Shown: positions 47,811 through 63,163, counted from the stretch's first letter. The stretch is 64,000 nt of DNA from Octopus vulgaris (GCA_951406725.2 OX597834.1:40610001-40674000); one strand, 5' to 3'. Notes: generated by a model from the letters alone, not told the origin. A program made the numbers and translations.

Positions 47811-49731
47811 TTTGTGTATATGTATACGTCTGTTGTTTACATTATGTTCTATAACACAGCAGTTCATCAAGTAGTGATTAATATATTAACTATACAAGAA
47901 TGAAATATGGATTGTAGTTGACATGACCTAAAATTTTATCCAACCCATGCAAGCATGGAAAAGTGTACCTGTTAAAGTGAGGAAACGATAATGATGACAC
48001 ACACATACATTCGTACATGAACATACATACACACCAACACACATATACATTCACACATATACATACACACTGACACACACCCACATGTACAGACACACAC
48101 ATAAGTGGGTTGCTGAAAAGTTCCTGCCTTTAGGTAAAAGTAAATACAGGAGAATCAATTAATTATGATTTTATTCAACACTTTCCCCTTTCAGATACAA
48201 ACACTTATTGCAGTGGTCCTTCAGGTTTTCTAAACCCTGTAAAAGAACACGGAAGGTTGAGCCTCCATCCAGGCCTTTTGCAAAACCCTTAAAGCCCGGA
48301 ACTTTTCAGTAGCCCTTTATACATACTCACATTACATATATACACGCTGACACACACACATACACACAAATTACAGAAACTTCCTAAGAAAAAAGAAAAA
48401 CGATGAAGTGACTGAGAGTGAGGAAGAGGAGGAGAGGTGAGAGGATAAAGTTGAGAGGTCAGAGGTGAAAGATCAACTCACAGCTGCAGCAATGCCAGTT
48501 TTCCCATTGGTTATCTCCTTTGGTGGCAGGAGTGGCTTGAAGAAACGAGTGACAAACACTGCTTTACCCAGGATGTCCGTCACTGTGGTCTTGTATACCC
48601 TCTTGGGCCATTTGGCCTCCAGTTGGCGCTGCCAGACATCACAGTACTGCAGAAGTTTCTCATCTTCGTTGCTGTCAAACTAATAATAATAATAATATTA
48701 ATATAAATAAGAAGAATAATAGTAATTTCGAATTATGGTACAAAAGTCAACAAATTTTGAGGGAGGGGCTAAGTTGGTTACATGATTACATGACCCCAGT
48801 ACTTAACTGGTACTTATTCTATTGACCCCATAAGGATGAAAGGCAAACTCAACCTCAGCAGAATTTGAGCTCAGAACATGAAGACAGATGAAATGCTACT
48901 AAGCATTTTGCCTGGCATGTTCACAATTCTGCCAGATAGCTGTCTTAATAATAATTATAATAATAATCCTTTCTACTAAAGACACAAGGCCTGAAATTTT
49001 GAGGGAAGGGGTCGGTCGATTAGATCGACCCCAGTATGTAACTAGTACTTAATTTATTGACCCCGAAAGGATGAAAGGCAAAGTCAACCTTGGCAGAATT
49101 TGAACTCAGAACGTAACAGCAGACGAAATACCGCTAAGCATTTCGCCCAACGTGCTAACGATTCTGCCAGCTCGCCACCTTACAAATAATAATAATGATA
49201 ATAATAATAATAATAATCTTTTCTTATTTTGGCACAACACTAGCAATTTTGAGAGGAAAGGGAAATTGATGGCATCAATTCCAGGGCTCAACTGCTACTT
49301 ATTTTATTGACCCTGAATGAATGAAAAGCAAAGTTGTCCTCAGCAGCATTTGAACCCAGTATGTAAAGCCACACAAAATGCCACTTAGCATTTTTCCCGG
49401 CATGCTAACAATTCTGCCAGGTTCGTTGTTGTAGTAGCAGTTCTTTCTGCTAGAGGCAACAAAGCCTGAAACTTTGTCCGGGATGGGGGGAGGGGGGAGG
49501 GGCTAGTCGATTACATTGACCCCAGTACTCTACCGGTACTTATTTTATCAACCCTAAAAGGATGACAGGCAAAGTCGGCCTTCGGGGAATTTAAACTCAG
49601 AACATAAAGATGGGCAAAAGGCTGCCTAGCATTTTGTCCAGCGTGCTAACGATTCAGCCAGCTTGTAGCAGTAGTAGTAGTAGTAATAGCAGTAGTTGTA
49701 GTAGCAGCAGCAGCAGTAGTTGTAGTAGTGT

Positions 49732-49767
<36 letters not shown>

Positions 49768-52700
49768 CAGCAGCAATGGTTTCAAATTTTGACATAAGGC
49801 CAGCCTCCAATCGTCTGTTGTGGCATAGTGTCTCTACGGCTGGATGCCCTTCCTAATGCCACTCTGGACAAAACCGGTCCTGAGCTTTGGCATTTTGGAA
49901 CATAGAGAAAAAGACGGAATGGTCACTGCTTGACCATATTTGATGGTATGTGTGCTGGAACAGGTCAGACCTGGAGCTAAACAATAACAAAAATAACACA
50001 AAAACCACATTATGTCTCCCCAACTCCCATCTCAGGTCCCACATTAACCCCTTTTTTTTCGGTCTTTCTTTTGAAGAACAATGTCCCCCTGGAGTCCATT
50101 CCATCTCCTACAGTCTGTGATTTTCCTGAAGTTGTTGTGCTGACCTCTCTGGTCTGGGAGGGCCTCTGGAAGTCAATGTGTGCTGACCTCTCTGGTCTGG
50201 GAGGGCCTCTGGAAGTCAATGTGTGCTGACCTCTCTGGTCTGGGAGGGCCTCTGGAAGTCAATGTGTGCTATCCATTCATGCTGACATAACCATGAAATG
50301 TTAAGAGAGGAAATAAAAAAAAAAGACTTTACCCTCTCCTTGAAGGGCTCTGGCGGAATAAGGGTTGGCTGTAAGGTGATGAACAGGGTGATGTAGGAAT
50401 CGGTTAATGGCATCAGTATTGAATCCATGTCTGTAGGGTGGTTCTTTGGTTGGCAATAGCCGAGAAGCAGAGGTGGGGTATTTATCTGTAGAGTTCCTTC
50501 AATCTGTTCAGGTGTGGTGGTCGGGTGGTTGGTTGTCCAGAAAGAAAGGGAAGAGGAAAAGGTGAATGAAACACACAAATAAACAATTATCATTAAAATT
50601 CCAATAATGTAAAAGAAGAAGATCTTTATCTATATAATTTGCTTAACGTATGGTTATTGCTGAAAAGCCAAAGGCTGTAGTTTTTATCTGGGGAAAAAAA
50701 AAAATCTATTTATAGACATATCATCATCATCATCATCACCATCATCATTTATTGTCCATTTTATATGCTGGCATGGGTTGGACAGTTTGACAGCAACTGG
50801 CAGGGCCAGAAGCCATACCAGGTTCCATAGCCTGTTTTGGCATGGTTTCTACAGCTGGGTGCCCTTCCTATCACCAACCATTTCACAGAGTGTACTGGGT
50901 GCTTTTTATGTGGCACCAGCACCAGTGCTTTAAAAAGTTAGTAAAATAAAATAAAATAAAAACAGACTGGTTGGTCATGACTAGGACACATTTGTGTTCT
51001 AGTTGGATCTGTTGGATCAGAGCTGACAAAGAGGAAAAACAACACCAATAATTTCAAATTAGTAATAAAAATTTATTCTGTGTAGTAAGAATTTTTTGCT
51101 TCCCAACCACATGGTTCCAGGTTCAGTCTCACCACATGGCACCTTGGGCAAGTATCTTCTACTATAACCTCAGGCTGACCAAAGCCTTGTGAGTGGATGT
51201 GGTAGACAAAAATTGAATGAAGTCCATTGTATATATATGTATGTATATGTGTGTGTGTGTGTGTGTGTGTTTCACTATAACCTCCTCCAATGCCTCCTCT
51301 CCTCTTAAAAGTTTTTTGTCTTGCAAGTACTTGGTGACCCTGTCAGAGCAGGTGAACATTAAACAATGATGACGATGATGAATGTGTGTGTGTGTGTGTG
51401 TATATGTGTATCTCTGTGTATGCGTCATTGTGCCCCACCACCACTTGACAACAGGTGTTTGTTTGCATGTCCTGGACTTAGTAGTTTGGCAAAAAGAGAC
51501 CAACAGAATAAGTTCTAGGGTTAAAAAATAAAAATTAAAATAATTACTGGAGTCAATTTGTTTGACATAAACTCTTGATGGCAGTGCTCCAGCATGGCCA
51601 CAGAGTAATGACTGAAACAAGTAAAAAAGAAAAGAAAAGAATTGAGTAATTAATGATATTAATTAAGAATCACTTACTTTCCCGTTGTAGTAAATGGTAG
51701 AGAAAGGTATCTTGAGGGTGCCAAGCCATTTTTTCTCAACTCTTTGATGAATCTCTGTGTCTTGTTTTGTATCATCCTGAAGGGAGAGAGAGAGAGGGGA
51801 GGAATGTTGTTAGTAAGGAGATGGAGAAAATGAGAAAGGACAGGGGGGATAAGGGGACGGAAGAGAGATGAGGGACAGGCAGAGTGAGAGAGGTGAAGCG
51901 AATGAGAAAAGAAAGGGGAGAAAAGGAGAGAGGAGACACATGGGAGAGAAGGAGGACAGAAGAGACAGGGAGAGAGAAAATGGAGGAGGAGAGAAATGAT
52001 GGACAGACACAGTAAGAGAAATGAAGTGAATGAGAGGAGAGAGGGGAGATAAGGGGACGGGAGAGAGATGAGGGACAGGCACAGTAAGAGAGATGAAGCG
52101 AATGAGAAAAGAGAGGGGAGAAAAGGAGAGAGGAGACACATGGGAGAGAAGGAGGACAGAAGAGACAGGAAAGAAAAGGGGACGGAAGGGAAGGGTGAAA
52201 ATGGAAAAGAAGATGAGGGACAGGGAAGAAAAGGAGAGAGAAAATGGAGGAGGAGAGAGATGAGGGAGAGACACAGTAAGAGAGATGAAGTGAATGAGAG
52301 GAGAGAGGGGAGATAAGGGGATGGAAGAGAGATGAGGGAGAGACACAGGAAGAGAGGTGAAGGGGAACGAAAAGAGACAGGAAAGGAAAGGAGATGGAAG
52401 GGACTAGGGAGATAAGGGGACAGAAGAGACTGAAGAAGTAAGGGGGCAAAAGAGACTGAGGAAGTAAGGGGGCAAAAGAGACTGAGGAAGTAAGGGGACA
52501 GTAGAGACTTGGGAAGTAAGGGGACAGTAAAAACTGGGGAGATAAGGGGACAGAAAGACTGGGGAAGGGGACAGAAGAGACTGAGGAAGAGGACAAGAAA
52601 CTGGGGAAGAGGACAAGAAACTGGGGAGATAAGAGGAAAGAAGAGTCTGGGGAGATAAGGGGACAGAAGAGTCTGGGGAAGTAAGGGGACAGAAGAAGCT

Positions 52701-53175
52701 GGGAAAGTAAGGGGACAGAAAAGACTGGGGAAGAGATGGGGAGATAAGAGAATTGTAGAGAGAGGAAAACGTGGAACAAAAGTGAGATAAGGGATGAAGA
52801 GGCAGAGTAAATAGTGAAAAAAATGGGAGACAGATGAAAAGTGTGAAGATGAGAGAAGGAGTAAAGAATGAAGATGAAAGACAGAAGAAGAAGAAGGAAA
52901 CAATGACGGAAGAATAGAGAAGACGAAAAAGAACAGAATTGAAAGAAAGGTAGGAGAGTAAAGTGAGTGAGGAGATGCGAATTGAAAAGCCTACCTGAAG
53001 GATATTAACATGAACTTCATCAAATATTGTGAGACGAATAACATCGGTGACTGTCTGCAAGTTCTTGGGTGTCAAATTGTGATTTGATGTCCTGTGAAAA
53101 TAGAATGTGTGTATATATAAACAAGGTGGAAAAAAGAGTACTCAAATACCAGGTAGAGTTATATGCTTTATTTTG

Positions 53176-53210
<35 letters not shown>

Positions 53211-53983
53211 TATATATTCTTTTACTTGTTTCACTCATTTGACTGCGGCCATGCTGGAGCACTGCCTTTAGTCGAGCAAATCAACCCCAGGACTTATTCA
53301 TCCAAACAGCCACACCCAATTATTCCCATCTGAATAAGAGAAGTCGTGCTTGGGACACCTATGTCACAGGTCTGACAAGTCATATCTGATCTGAGACTAA
53401 GTGACAACACACTAGATAATGTAGTCCAAGATAACCGTGGTCACAGCTGGAAACACCTTCGATAGATTTGCTCTGATGCGGGACTAAACAGCGACAACAA
53501 CAACAACATTTAGCAAAGGGTCGTGAAAATACCTGAATGGGATGAGAAGTTCCTCGTTGAAACTGGGATTCGGGCCGTTTGCACAGTGAGTACGAACCGT
53601 AAATTTCTGGAAGCTGATTTCAACGAAGGGCTTGACAGGCTGAAATGATAGAAACATAGAATGGTGCTAAGATGCTGGAGAAACAACAACAACAACAACA
53701 TCATCATCATCATCCTCATCTTTTTCTTCGTCTTCGTCTTCTTCTTCCTCAGCGTTTTCGTTCTCTCTCCCTGTGGGCAAACCATGTATTCACCTCTTCA
53801 GCAAGACACTTGCTCCAGTCCTTACATCTTTGTTTCTTATCCCTCAGTTCTATACCTCATTCAGTGGGGTGGGGTCTTGTCTTGTGGGTACTTGGCAAAC
53901 TCACCGGTGCTGGTGCCACATAAAAAAAGGCATCCAGTACACTCTGTATATATATATAAATACACACACACATATATATATAT

Positions 53984-54030
<47 letters not shown>

Positions 54031-54785
54031 TATATATATATATGTGTGTGTGTGTGTATAAAGATATGAGCTTGCTATGAAGACACGTGTTTAGACAGGT
54101 TTTTACAATGTGCCTTGTGTCTCAAACAGTCTTCAGTCTCTGAGCACAATGTCTATTCTATTTGAAAATCAGGATGCTCAACTACCAGCATCCCAATTCT
54201 CAAACAGAACAAACCGTTTGCTCAGAGCCCAACGATTGGCTGGAAACACAAGGCATGTGATACAGACATGCCTAAATGCTTGTCTTCACAGCATGAAACT
54301 ATTGGTAGCTCACATCTTTATATATATATAGTGAAGGTATGTAGCTCAGTGGTTAGGGTGTTCCACTTACAGTGGTAAGGTCATAAGTTCGATTCCTGGC
54401 AGTGTATCATGTCCTTGAGCAAGACACTTGATTTCTTGTTGCTCCAGTCCACTCAGCTGGCAAAAATAAGTTGTGCTTGTATTTCAAAGGGCCGGCCTTG
54501 TCATACTCTGTGTCATGCTGAATCTCCCCGAGAACTGCGTTAAGGGTACAAGGGTCTGTGGAGTGCTCAGCCACTTGCACATTAATTTCACAAGCAGGCT
54601 GTTCTGTTGACTGTATCAACTGGAATTGCTGTTGTCTTAACAGATGGAGAGCCAGGCCATATATATACACATACAGCAGAGAGAGAGAGAGAGAGAGAGA
54701 AGGAAAGACTGACATAGAGAAAGAGAGAGAAAGAGAGAGAGACAGAGAGACAGAGAGAGAAAGAAAGAGAAGGAAAGACTGACAT

Positions 54786-54846
<61 letters not shown>

Positions 54847-55404
54847 GAAAGAAAGAGAGGGAAAGACTGACATAGAGAAAGAAAGAACTTACCTCTTCAA
54901 TGGTGGATTGAAACTGACTGTCCATGGAAATTTCAGATCTGAAGAAATATGGCAAAAGACAGGAAGGTAACAACTGGTGCATTATTAAATGGAAAAAAAA
55001 GAGAAAAAAGAAAGAATTGGAGGGTGATGCAGACCCCGAATGCAGATGGATTCTTTTGCAAATTATAGTCTGGCTTACAATGTATTGCTTACACAATCTT
55101 TTTAATTGAATTGAATTAATTTCTTTTTTTTTATATAAGTATCACCATTTTAGGTATTTATAATCCAGTGAAATTAAGAAATCAACTCGTAAGTAAATAA
55201 AACCCTTGAATCCATCACTGTACACACACACACACACACACACATACATCATCATCATCATCATCATTTAGCGTCCGTTTTCCATGCTAGCATGGGTTGG
55301 ACGGTTCAACTGGGGTCTGTGAAGCTGGAAGGCTTCATCAGGCCCAGTCAGATCTGGCAGTGTTTCTACAGCTGGATGCCCTTCCTAACGCCAACCATAT
55401 ATAT

Positions 55405-55445
<41 letters not shown>

Positions 55446-58406
55446 TCTGTTGAAATGATTTGGTAGCGTAACATCTAATAATCTAACGGTATGTCTTTTC
55501 TACTCTTCTGATGAGATTTTGCCCAATAAAATGTATTAATTACTGGAATTGAATTCTTTGGGCAAAATCGAAACAGCTGTAAGAGAATATGTTGGATTTT
55601 TGCAGGTAATAAATTGTATTAATGCTACATCTCCATTTTCTGAATTTTGATTATATATATACATATATATACTTACGCAATAGCTGACGTGTGTCGTACT
55701 GGAATGTTGAAGGCCTGAATGACATTGACAAGGATGTGGACCTCATCTCCTTTCACACCCTGAGACACCCTCTTTCTCTCTTTTCTCACAGGTTTAAGGG
55801 GCCTCCTTGGTTGCAGCAGGTTTAATAGGCTCTTGCCTATCATACTGATAGGATCCAGAAAGAAGAAAGAAAGAAAAAGGGGAAAATTTCAATGGAAGTA
55901 AGCAAAACAGATAAAAGCCAAAAATGAAAATACTCAGGGTCGCCTTCTTTTGTTTTAGCTGTCAGCTGAATACAAATTATAATTACCCAAATGAAAGAGA
56001 TTCTATGTGGTCCCTCAACTGACTAGAAATAACAGCCAAATTCCACTTAAGCTATGAGCACACTAGATAATACAATCCTGGATGTACTGTCTGATAGTAA
56101 CATGGGATGAACAAGGCTGGAGTGTTCTGATCATAGGTCAGCTTGATCGGAACAGACCTGGGGTTAAATCACAACAACCTATCCATTCAATTAAATGCAC
56201 ACATACACATAAATACCTATATAAGAAACTCTATACATATACATTCATTACCTACATCCAAATCTACACATATACATACCTATATATATATATACGCATA
56301 CATAACTATATTCATATAAATCTACATACATGCACCTGCATAGTTAGATGAGTACATATATGTGTATGGCCTAATGGTTAGGGTGTTGGACTCGTGATTG
56401 CGAGATTGAGGCTTCAATTCCTTTATTTTTTTAAGAAGAAGAAAAAGAAGATGAAGAAGAAGAGAGAGAAGAAGAAGAAGAAGAAGAAGAAGAAGAGGGA
56501 GACGAAGAGGAGGAGGAGAGGAGGGGGAAGAAGAAGAAGAAGAAGAAGAAGAAGAAGAAGAGGGAGAAGAAGAGGGAGAAGAAGAGGGAGAAGAAGAGGG
56601 AGAAGAAGAAGAGGAGGAGGGGGAGGAGGGGGAGGAGGAGAAGAAGAAGAAGAAGAAGAAGAAGAAGAAGAAGACGATGACGACGACGATGGCAATGCCT
56701 GATAGAATTTGAAACTCCAACAGAAAGACTGACTTGATGCTGGGTGAAGCCTCCTCAATAACGATTTCCTCCTGTCTCTTACGATGGACGGCAACACGGA
56801 ATCTGGATAACATCTCTTCATGGAGCTGAAACAGAAAAAGAGACAGACATGTGATGTGGTGGCATTCATGGTAGTCTGGAGATGTAATGATTGGTTGTGG
56901 GGGTGGAATGTATTGGTGGCATGATGATCACAACAACATAGTGGTGGTGGGGCTGTGAGGTGGTGGTGGTGGGGCTGTGAGGTGGTGGTGGTGTGTGTGT
57001 GTGTGTGTGTGTGTGGTCTAATGGAGAGTGTATTTAGCTGTATAAGAGTGATGGTCATTAATACATGTGAAGTGGTTAAAGATGTGGTGGACTGCATCCC
57101 TCTTACCTTGTCTTTGTATCGTCCGACAAAGGCCCGCTGTGTCTCAATGTCCTCCTGGAACTGCAGTTTCTCCTCTTCTTTTTTACGCAGCTCATATTCC
57201 TACAGAAAACACACCAGTCATCATCAATATCATCATCATCATCAACAACAACATCGTTTAATGTTCATTTGTCCATGCTGTCATAGGTGGAACAGTTTGT
57301 CATGAAGCAACGAACCACCAAATTCCAATGTCTGCATGGTTTCTTTGGCCAGATGCCTTTGCCTAATGCCAACCACTTTACACAGAGTGTACCTTGTGAA
57401 TTTTTCACAGTACAAGCACCAACACTAGTGAGGTTGCCATGTTCTCACAAGACCCCCTCAACTAAGCGAAGGTATGGTATTGAAGGAAATGAATTTTTCT
57501 TTTATTCTTTTACTTGTTTCAGTCATTTGACTGCGGCCATGCTGGAGCACCGCCTTTAGTCGAGCAAATCGACCCCAGGACTTATTGCTTTGCAAGCCTA
57601 CTACTTATTCTATTGCTCTCTCTTGCCAAACCGCTAAATGATGAGGACGTAAACACACCAGGGTCCGTTGTCAAGCGATGTTGGGGGTGGGGGGGGGGCA
57701 CAAACACAGACACACGAACATACACACACACACACACACATACGATGGGCTTCTTTCAGTTTCCGTCTACCAAATCCACCCACAAGGCTTTGGTCGGCCT
57801 GAGGCTATAATAGAAGACATTTGTCCAAGGTGGGACTGAACCCGGAACCATGTGGTTGGTAAGCAAGCTACTTACCACATAGCCGCATATGTGCTTGTGT
57901 ATGTATGTATACACACACACACACACATGCTGGTGCTATTTTAAAAAAACCCTGCACACTCTGTAAAGTGGTTGACATTAGGGAGAGCATCCAGCCATAG
58001 AAACCATGCCAAAACAGACAATTGGAGCTTGGGGCAGCACTTCAGCTTTCCAGCTCCTGTCAAACTGTCCAACCCATATCAGCATGGAAAAAAAGATAAC
58101 AGTCTAAAAATAGCAATTACCTTAAAGACACTTTTAGGGATCTCTTTGTCAAGAGCGGGCACCATAGAATAATTACAGAACTCTCGCACCTCATGTTGAC
58201 GGAGGCGCAGGAGCCTGAATCGGAAGCTTTGGAGAATTTCTTCATCTGTAGCGAAGTTGAACTCCTCCTGGAAGGGCTCCAATCTAAAGAATGTCTGTTC
58301 CCTGAGTTGGCTTTTGTCATCAATGTGGGGCTGGAAAATAAAAACAGCAAATAGCAAGAACAGAAACAGTCTTTATCGTGTGTGTGTGTGTGTGTGTGAG
58401 AGAGAG

Positions 58407-58488
<82 letters not shown>

Positions 58489-59905
58489 GAAAACAATGAC
58501 ATGGGAGACACACAGAAAAAGATACTTACCCGCAGTAGAAACATGAGATCAGCATTATTGGGATCATTGGGGTCAAGGCGAGCAGAGCGCACCCACTGGG
58601 AGAGTTTTTCCAGGTCCATGATCCCTGATGCACCAATGGCTGCCAGGGGGTCGAGTTTGTGGGACAGGCTATGAGTAGAGAATGAGAGCAGACGTAAAGG
58701 GACTTTACATGTATTACATACATAGATAAATAGATACATACATACATACATACATGCATAGATAAATACATACATACATAAATACATACATAAATACATA
58801 CAAACATACATACATAAATACATACATAAATACATACAAACATACATACATACATAGATAAATACATACATGCTACAGCATCATTGTCACTGCTACCATC
58901 ACCACTACCACCACCCTGACCATCATTTAATGCCTGCTTTTCCATGGTTGCAGAGGTCAGACAGAAATAGTTGAGGCAGAATTTCTACAACTGAATGACC
59001 CTCCCTGGCATTAAGCCTCACCTGTTCCCAAAGCAAGGCAATGTTATCCCATGGCATATAGGATCCCCACCTGGACGGGATGCCAGTCCGTCGCAGGTGA
59101 GCTGAAAGATGCAGGAGGAAAGAGTGAGAGAAAGTTGTGGCGAAAGAGTCAGCAGAAGTTCACCATTACCTTCTGCTGGAGCCACGTGGAGCTTAGGTGT
59201 TTCACTGATAAACACACACATCACCTGGTCTGAGATTTGAACCCGCGATCCTTCGACCGCGAGTCCACTGCTCTAACCACTAGGCTATGTGCCTCCACCG
59301 TAGTAGTAGTAGTAGTAGTAGTAGTAGTTTAGTCATACAGCTGAAGTGTCTGCAAACAAAAGAAGTACTCAAAGCATATCTAAGAACAGAGTCTGTTATT
59401 TTATATTTCATGGGTTTGGTTGAAAGAAAGTAGGGTGATAATAGGGTGGGTGGGGTTAGGCAAAAGGGGCAATAGATTAAAAACAACAAAATAATGGGTT
59501 AATTAGGTCAAGTTTTATTTGTGAAATATAATTGTTTTGAATTTGCTTTGGAAAGTGGCCTACATATGTGGTGATGAGTGGGGCGTGGGGTAGCGCTAGG
59601 AATGTGGCTCAGGTGCCGAGGGGGCAGCAGCCCCAAAAAAGTTTGGGAACCACTGCACAAGAACAACACTATTACTATGGCAAACACTAACATGAACACA
59701 GCATCATCACAACACAATAATTACCATTGTAGTTTGGTGAGTAGACTGGTTTGAGGAGAGGGTGCCATGGGTTGACCGTCGTCTCCTATTGCCCAGGCGA
59801 CACTACAAAGTACAAAGCCTGTAGTGTTGATGTAAGTACACTCTGAAGAGAGAGGGTCCATGTTAATAGCAACACCTGCAAATAAATACATAAACATGTA
59901 GTCAT

Positions 59906-59949
<44 letters not shown>

Positions 59950-62900
59950 CATAGATGCATACATACATGGTGGCTGCAACTTCAAAAGCAGTGTCATCAT
60001 TTCAGTGTTCTCTTAAATATAAGCAGCAACGAATGTGACTTCCATCCTACTGGGGACCGATATTCCTTTGCACGGATGTAGCAACGATGGGCACCCCTTG
60101 CAGTAGGTGTTCAGACAGCTTACCACCCACACTAACTCACCTTCATTCCATCATGGAATTTTTCTTTCAGTGCTTTTGTCTTTTTCGAACACAATCCAAC
60201 CATAACATGCATAACAGAAATGTTAAAAATTAAGCAATGTCTCTGCCTGAAGCTTTTTATGTTTTAATGTTTTTATATACATACATATATATATACATAC
60301 ACACACACACACACGTTTCACATTCATATATATATATCCCTATATATAAAACTGAAATGCGTTTGTTTGTTTGTTTGTTTGACTCAACCGCTTGGATTGC
60401 TTTCAAGGCCACTACATCCCGTCCGATTGACTCCAAAATTTACAGGGACATGTAAAATGAGGCGACGATGCCCGTGGGCTACGTTAGAAATCCCTATCTT
60501 AAAAGGTGTTGTTGCTAGGGCCAAAAACCCACTTTGACAAGTCCACTCTCAGTCTTTTATGTATCTGTCTTCCTCACTCACTCTATTTCCTCCCTTCCCA
60601 TCACTTTCTATATATAACGTCGATTCGTCAAACGGCGTTCTACAGCGCTTTCACACTAAGGCGGTGCTGCAATCGGCCACGTTCGGATGGTGCTTTTTAC
60701 GTGCTGAAAGGAAGCAACAGAAAGTAACAACCACACTCTTACCCGCGTGTAGAGCGGGTCACCTTAAGCTAGTATATATATATAATCAAAATAAGCAACA
60801 AGTATATCCAAGGTAGAGTGGTACAATTGTTTCATGCTACTTCATTTTATTAAACACTATAAGTATTATATATATATAAATAAAAATAGCAAAGAAACAG
60901 TATACTCTGCACACATACATACATATTGATTGTGCCATCTCAGATGATAGCTGTTTCAATATTTAGTTAAACCGCTCAATGCCATACACCCATATTTTCT
61001 GAGATGACTCTTAAGACCAAAAAGATCAAGCGCCAGCATGACAACAAAATTCAGTATCCCTGTAGGAACAAACGACCGTTCCTGTAATGTGACATTCCTC
61101 TGTAGATTTCTTTGTAGTTCAGGTTTGGATCTGCATACTTCACTTTACATCAGTGGTATATTTTAGATGTAAGGGCAAAAAGTCGGTATCCATAAATTGT
61201 TTCGGTGAGTATGTGTCTGACTTCATGGGATTAACAAAACCTTTCTTAGAAAGAACGCATTCCAAAGGTGTCGTTTAGCCAATTCTTCAGATTACCAAGC
61301 AAGTTTGAAAAATACAATTCATCTTGGCATGTTTAAGCCTTTTGATGCCAACTTGAGGCCACCACTGGTTAAGTGATGCAAACTTCATATTTCAAAGCCA
61401 TCTAAATCAAAACCTCTTGTCGAAATTTCATGTTATTCTTTTATTCATTTCAGTCGTACAGCTGCTGCCATGCTGGAGCACCACAGTTAATTTATGTTCC
61501 ACGCATCAACTTGACAAAGTTATGGTATTAAATTCTTCATTATATTCAAAATAATACATACAAAGGCAGGATATGTCAGGCTGTGTGGTAAGTAGCTTGC
61601 TAACCAACCACATGGTTCCGGGTTCAGTCCCACTGCATGGCATCTTGGGCAAGTGTCTTCTACTATAGCCCTGGGCCGACCAATGCCTTGTGAGTGGATT
61701 TGGTAGACAGAAACTGAAAGAAGCCTGTCGTATATATGTATATATATGTATGTGTGTGTTTGTCCTCCTAGCATTGCTTGACAACCAATGCTGGTGTGTT
61801 TACGTCCCCGTCACTTAGCGGTTCAGCAAAAGAGACCAATAGAATAAGTACTGGGCTTACAAAGAATAAGTCCCGGGGTCGATTTGCTTGACTAAAAGTG
61901 GTGCTCCAGCATGGCCGCAGTCAAAATGACTGAAACAAGTAAAAGAAAAAAAAAAGAGAAATAAAAATGGTAACACAGATAAATAGACAGACAGACAGAC
62001 AAACAGAGATATGACTAAGTAGGCAGAAAGACAGAGCGACTGATAGAGCAACATATAGACACAGACAGACAGACAGATAGATATAAAAGAAGGACAGACA
62101 GGTATAATAGGAAAGTTTACATCTGCTGACTTACCGCTGCCAACTGCATTGTGGGTAAATTGAATGCTGATGTCACTGCTGAAGTCATGCTGTTCGATGG
62201 AGATGTTGTCAGTGGTAACAGAGGTTTCGGGGATAGCCAAGTAGAGCTGTGAGAGCAGGGTACTGCTGAGGGTGCGAGCCTCGTAGATCTGGTGATGGGA
62301 AAAGAGAAAGTAGAATGGGTGCAGAGACAGTAAGAGACTGTAAATATATCCTCACCATTATTATTTAGCATCCACTTCTCCATTCTGTCATGAAATTGAG
62401 GAAGATTAACATCGATTTTTGTGCAGGATGACCTTCCATTTAAAATCGCAAGATGCATGTTGTTGAAATCCTTCCAATTGTCTTTAAGAAATACCATTAT
62501 TTTTACCTTTTGTTAAGGTGGCAGTATGTGTGATTTGGGGATACTTGGCAGGTTATTTCTAGATTGGATGGAGCTTCAATGAAAGCCTACCACTTATCAG
62601 AGAATATCAAGGACTGCATATCCTAATAAGGGCAATAGCATGTATTTATATATTATATTATATTATATATAATCTGGCCAATACACCACACTTAGTGAGG
62701 GCACATGACCTAGTAGTTAGGCTATTGTACTCACAATTGCGAGATTATGGTTTCAGTTCCTAGACCAGATGGTGTGTTGTGTTCTTGCGCAAAACATTAT
62801 TTCTGATGTTGCTCTGCAATCGCTTTGACACCTGACACATGGTACACTTTTGCACCTGTTCAGACAATGTCGATCTGATGGAGAGAGTGAGCTAAAGTGC

Positions 62901-63163
62901 GACATGAACATTTGATCACTATAAACAAATCATTTGTGCAGGTCATTCGGCAAAAGCTGAACGCTCATACATTATCTTCAATGGAAGAGTCCACCATATA
63001 TAATCACAGGCTTTGACTACTATTTTTAGCAGGGCGAGCTAACATGTACAGAGAGATACATTCTTAGCTATATTGTGTGTGTGTGTGTGTAGATGCATAA
63101 CCTAACGGTTAGAGCATTGGGCCCACAATAACTTCAATCATATCTACTCCATTCTGTAACTAC

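Noticed and set aside
50137-50269. Repeated 43-mers suggestive of a CRISPR array
   Set aside because: Contiguous tandem copies with no spacers, in a eukaryotic intron
51674-53075. Long ORFs (409, 335, 223 aa) on the minus strand
   Set aside because: Low-complexity Leu/Ser/Pro/Phe translation of the purine-rich minisatellite; only the short true CC2D2A exons at its ends are coding
56322-57097. Poly-Arg/Lys/Glu/Ser ORFs resembling a protamine-like protein
   Set aside because: GAA/GGA repeat tract in an intron, open in several frames by composition
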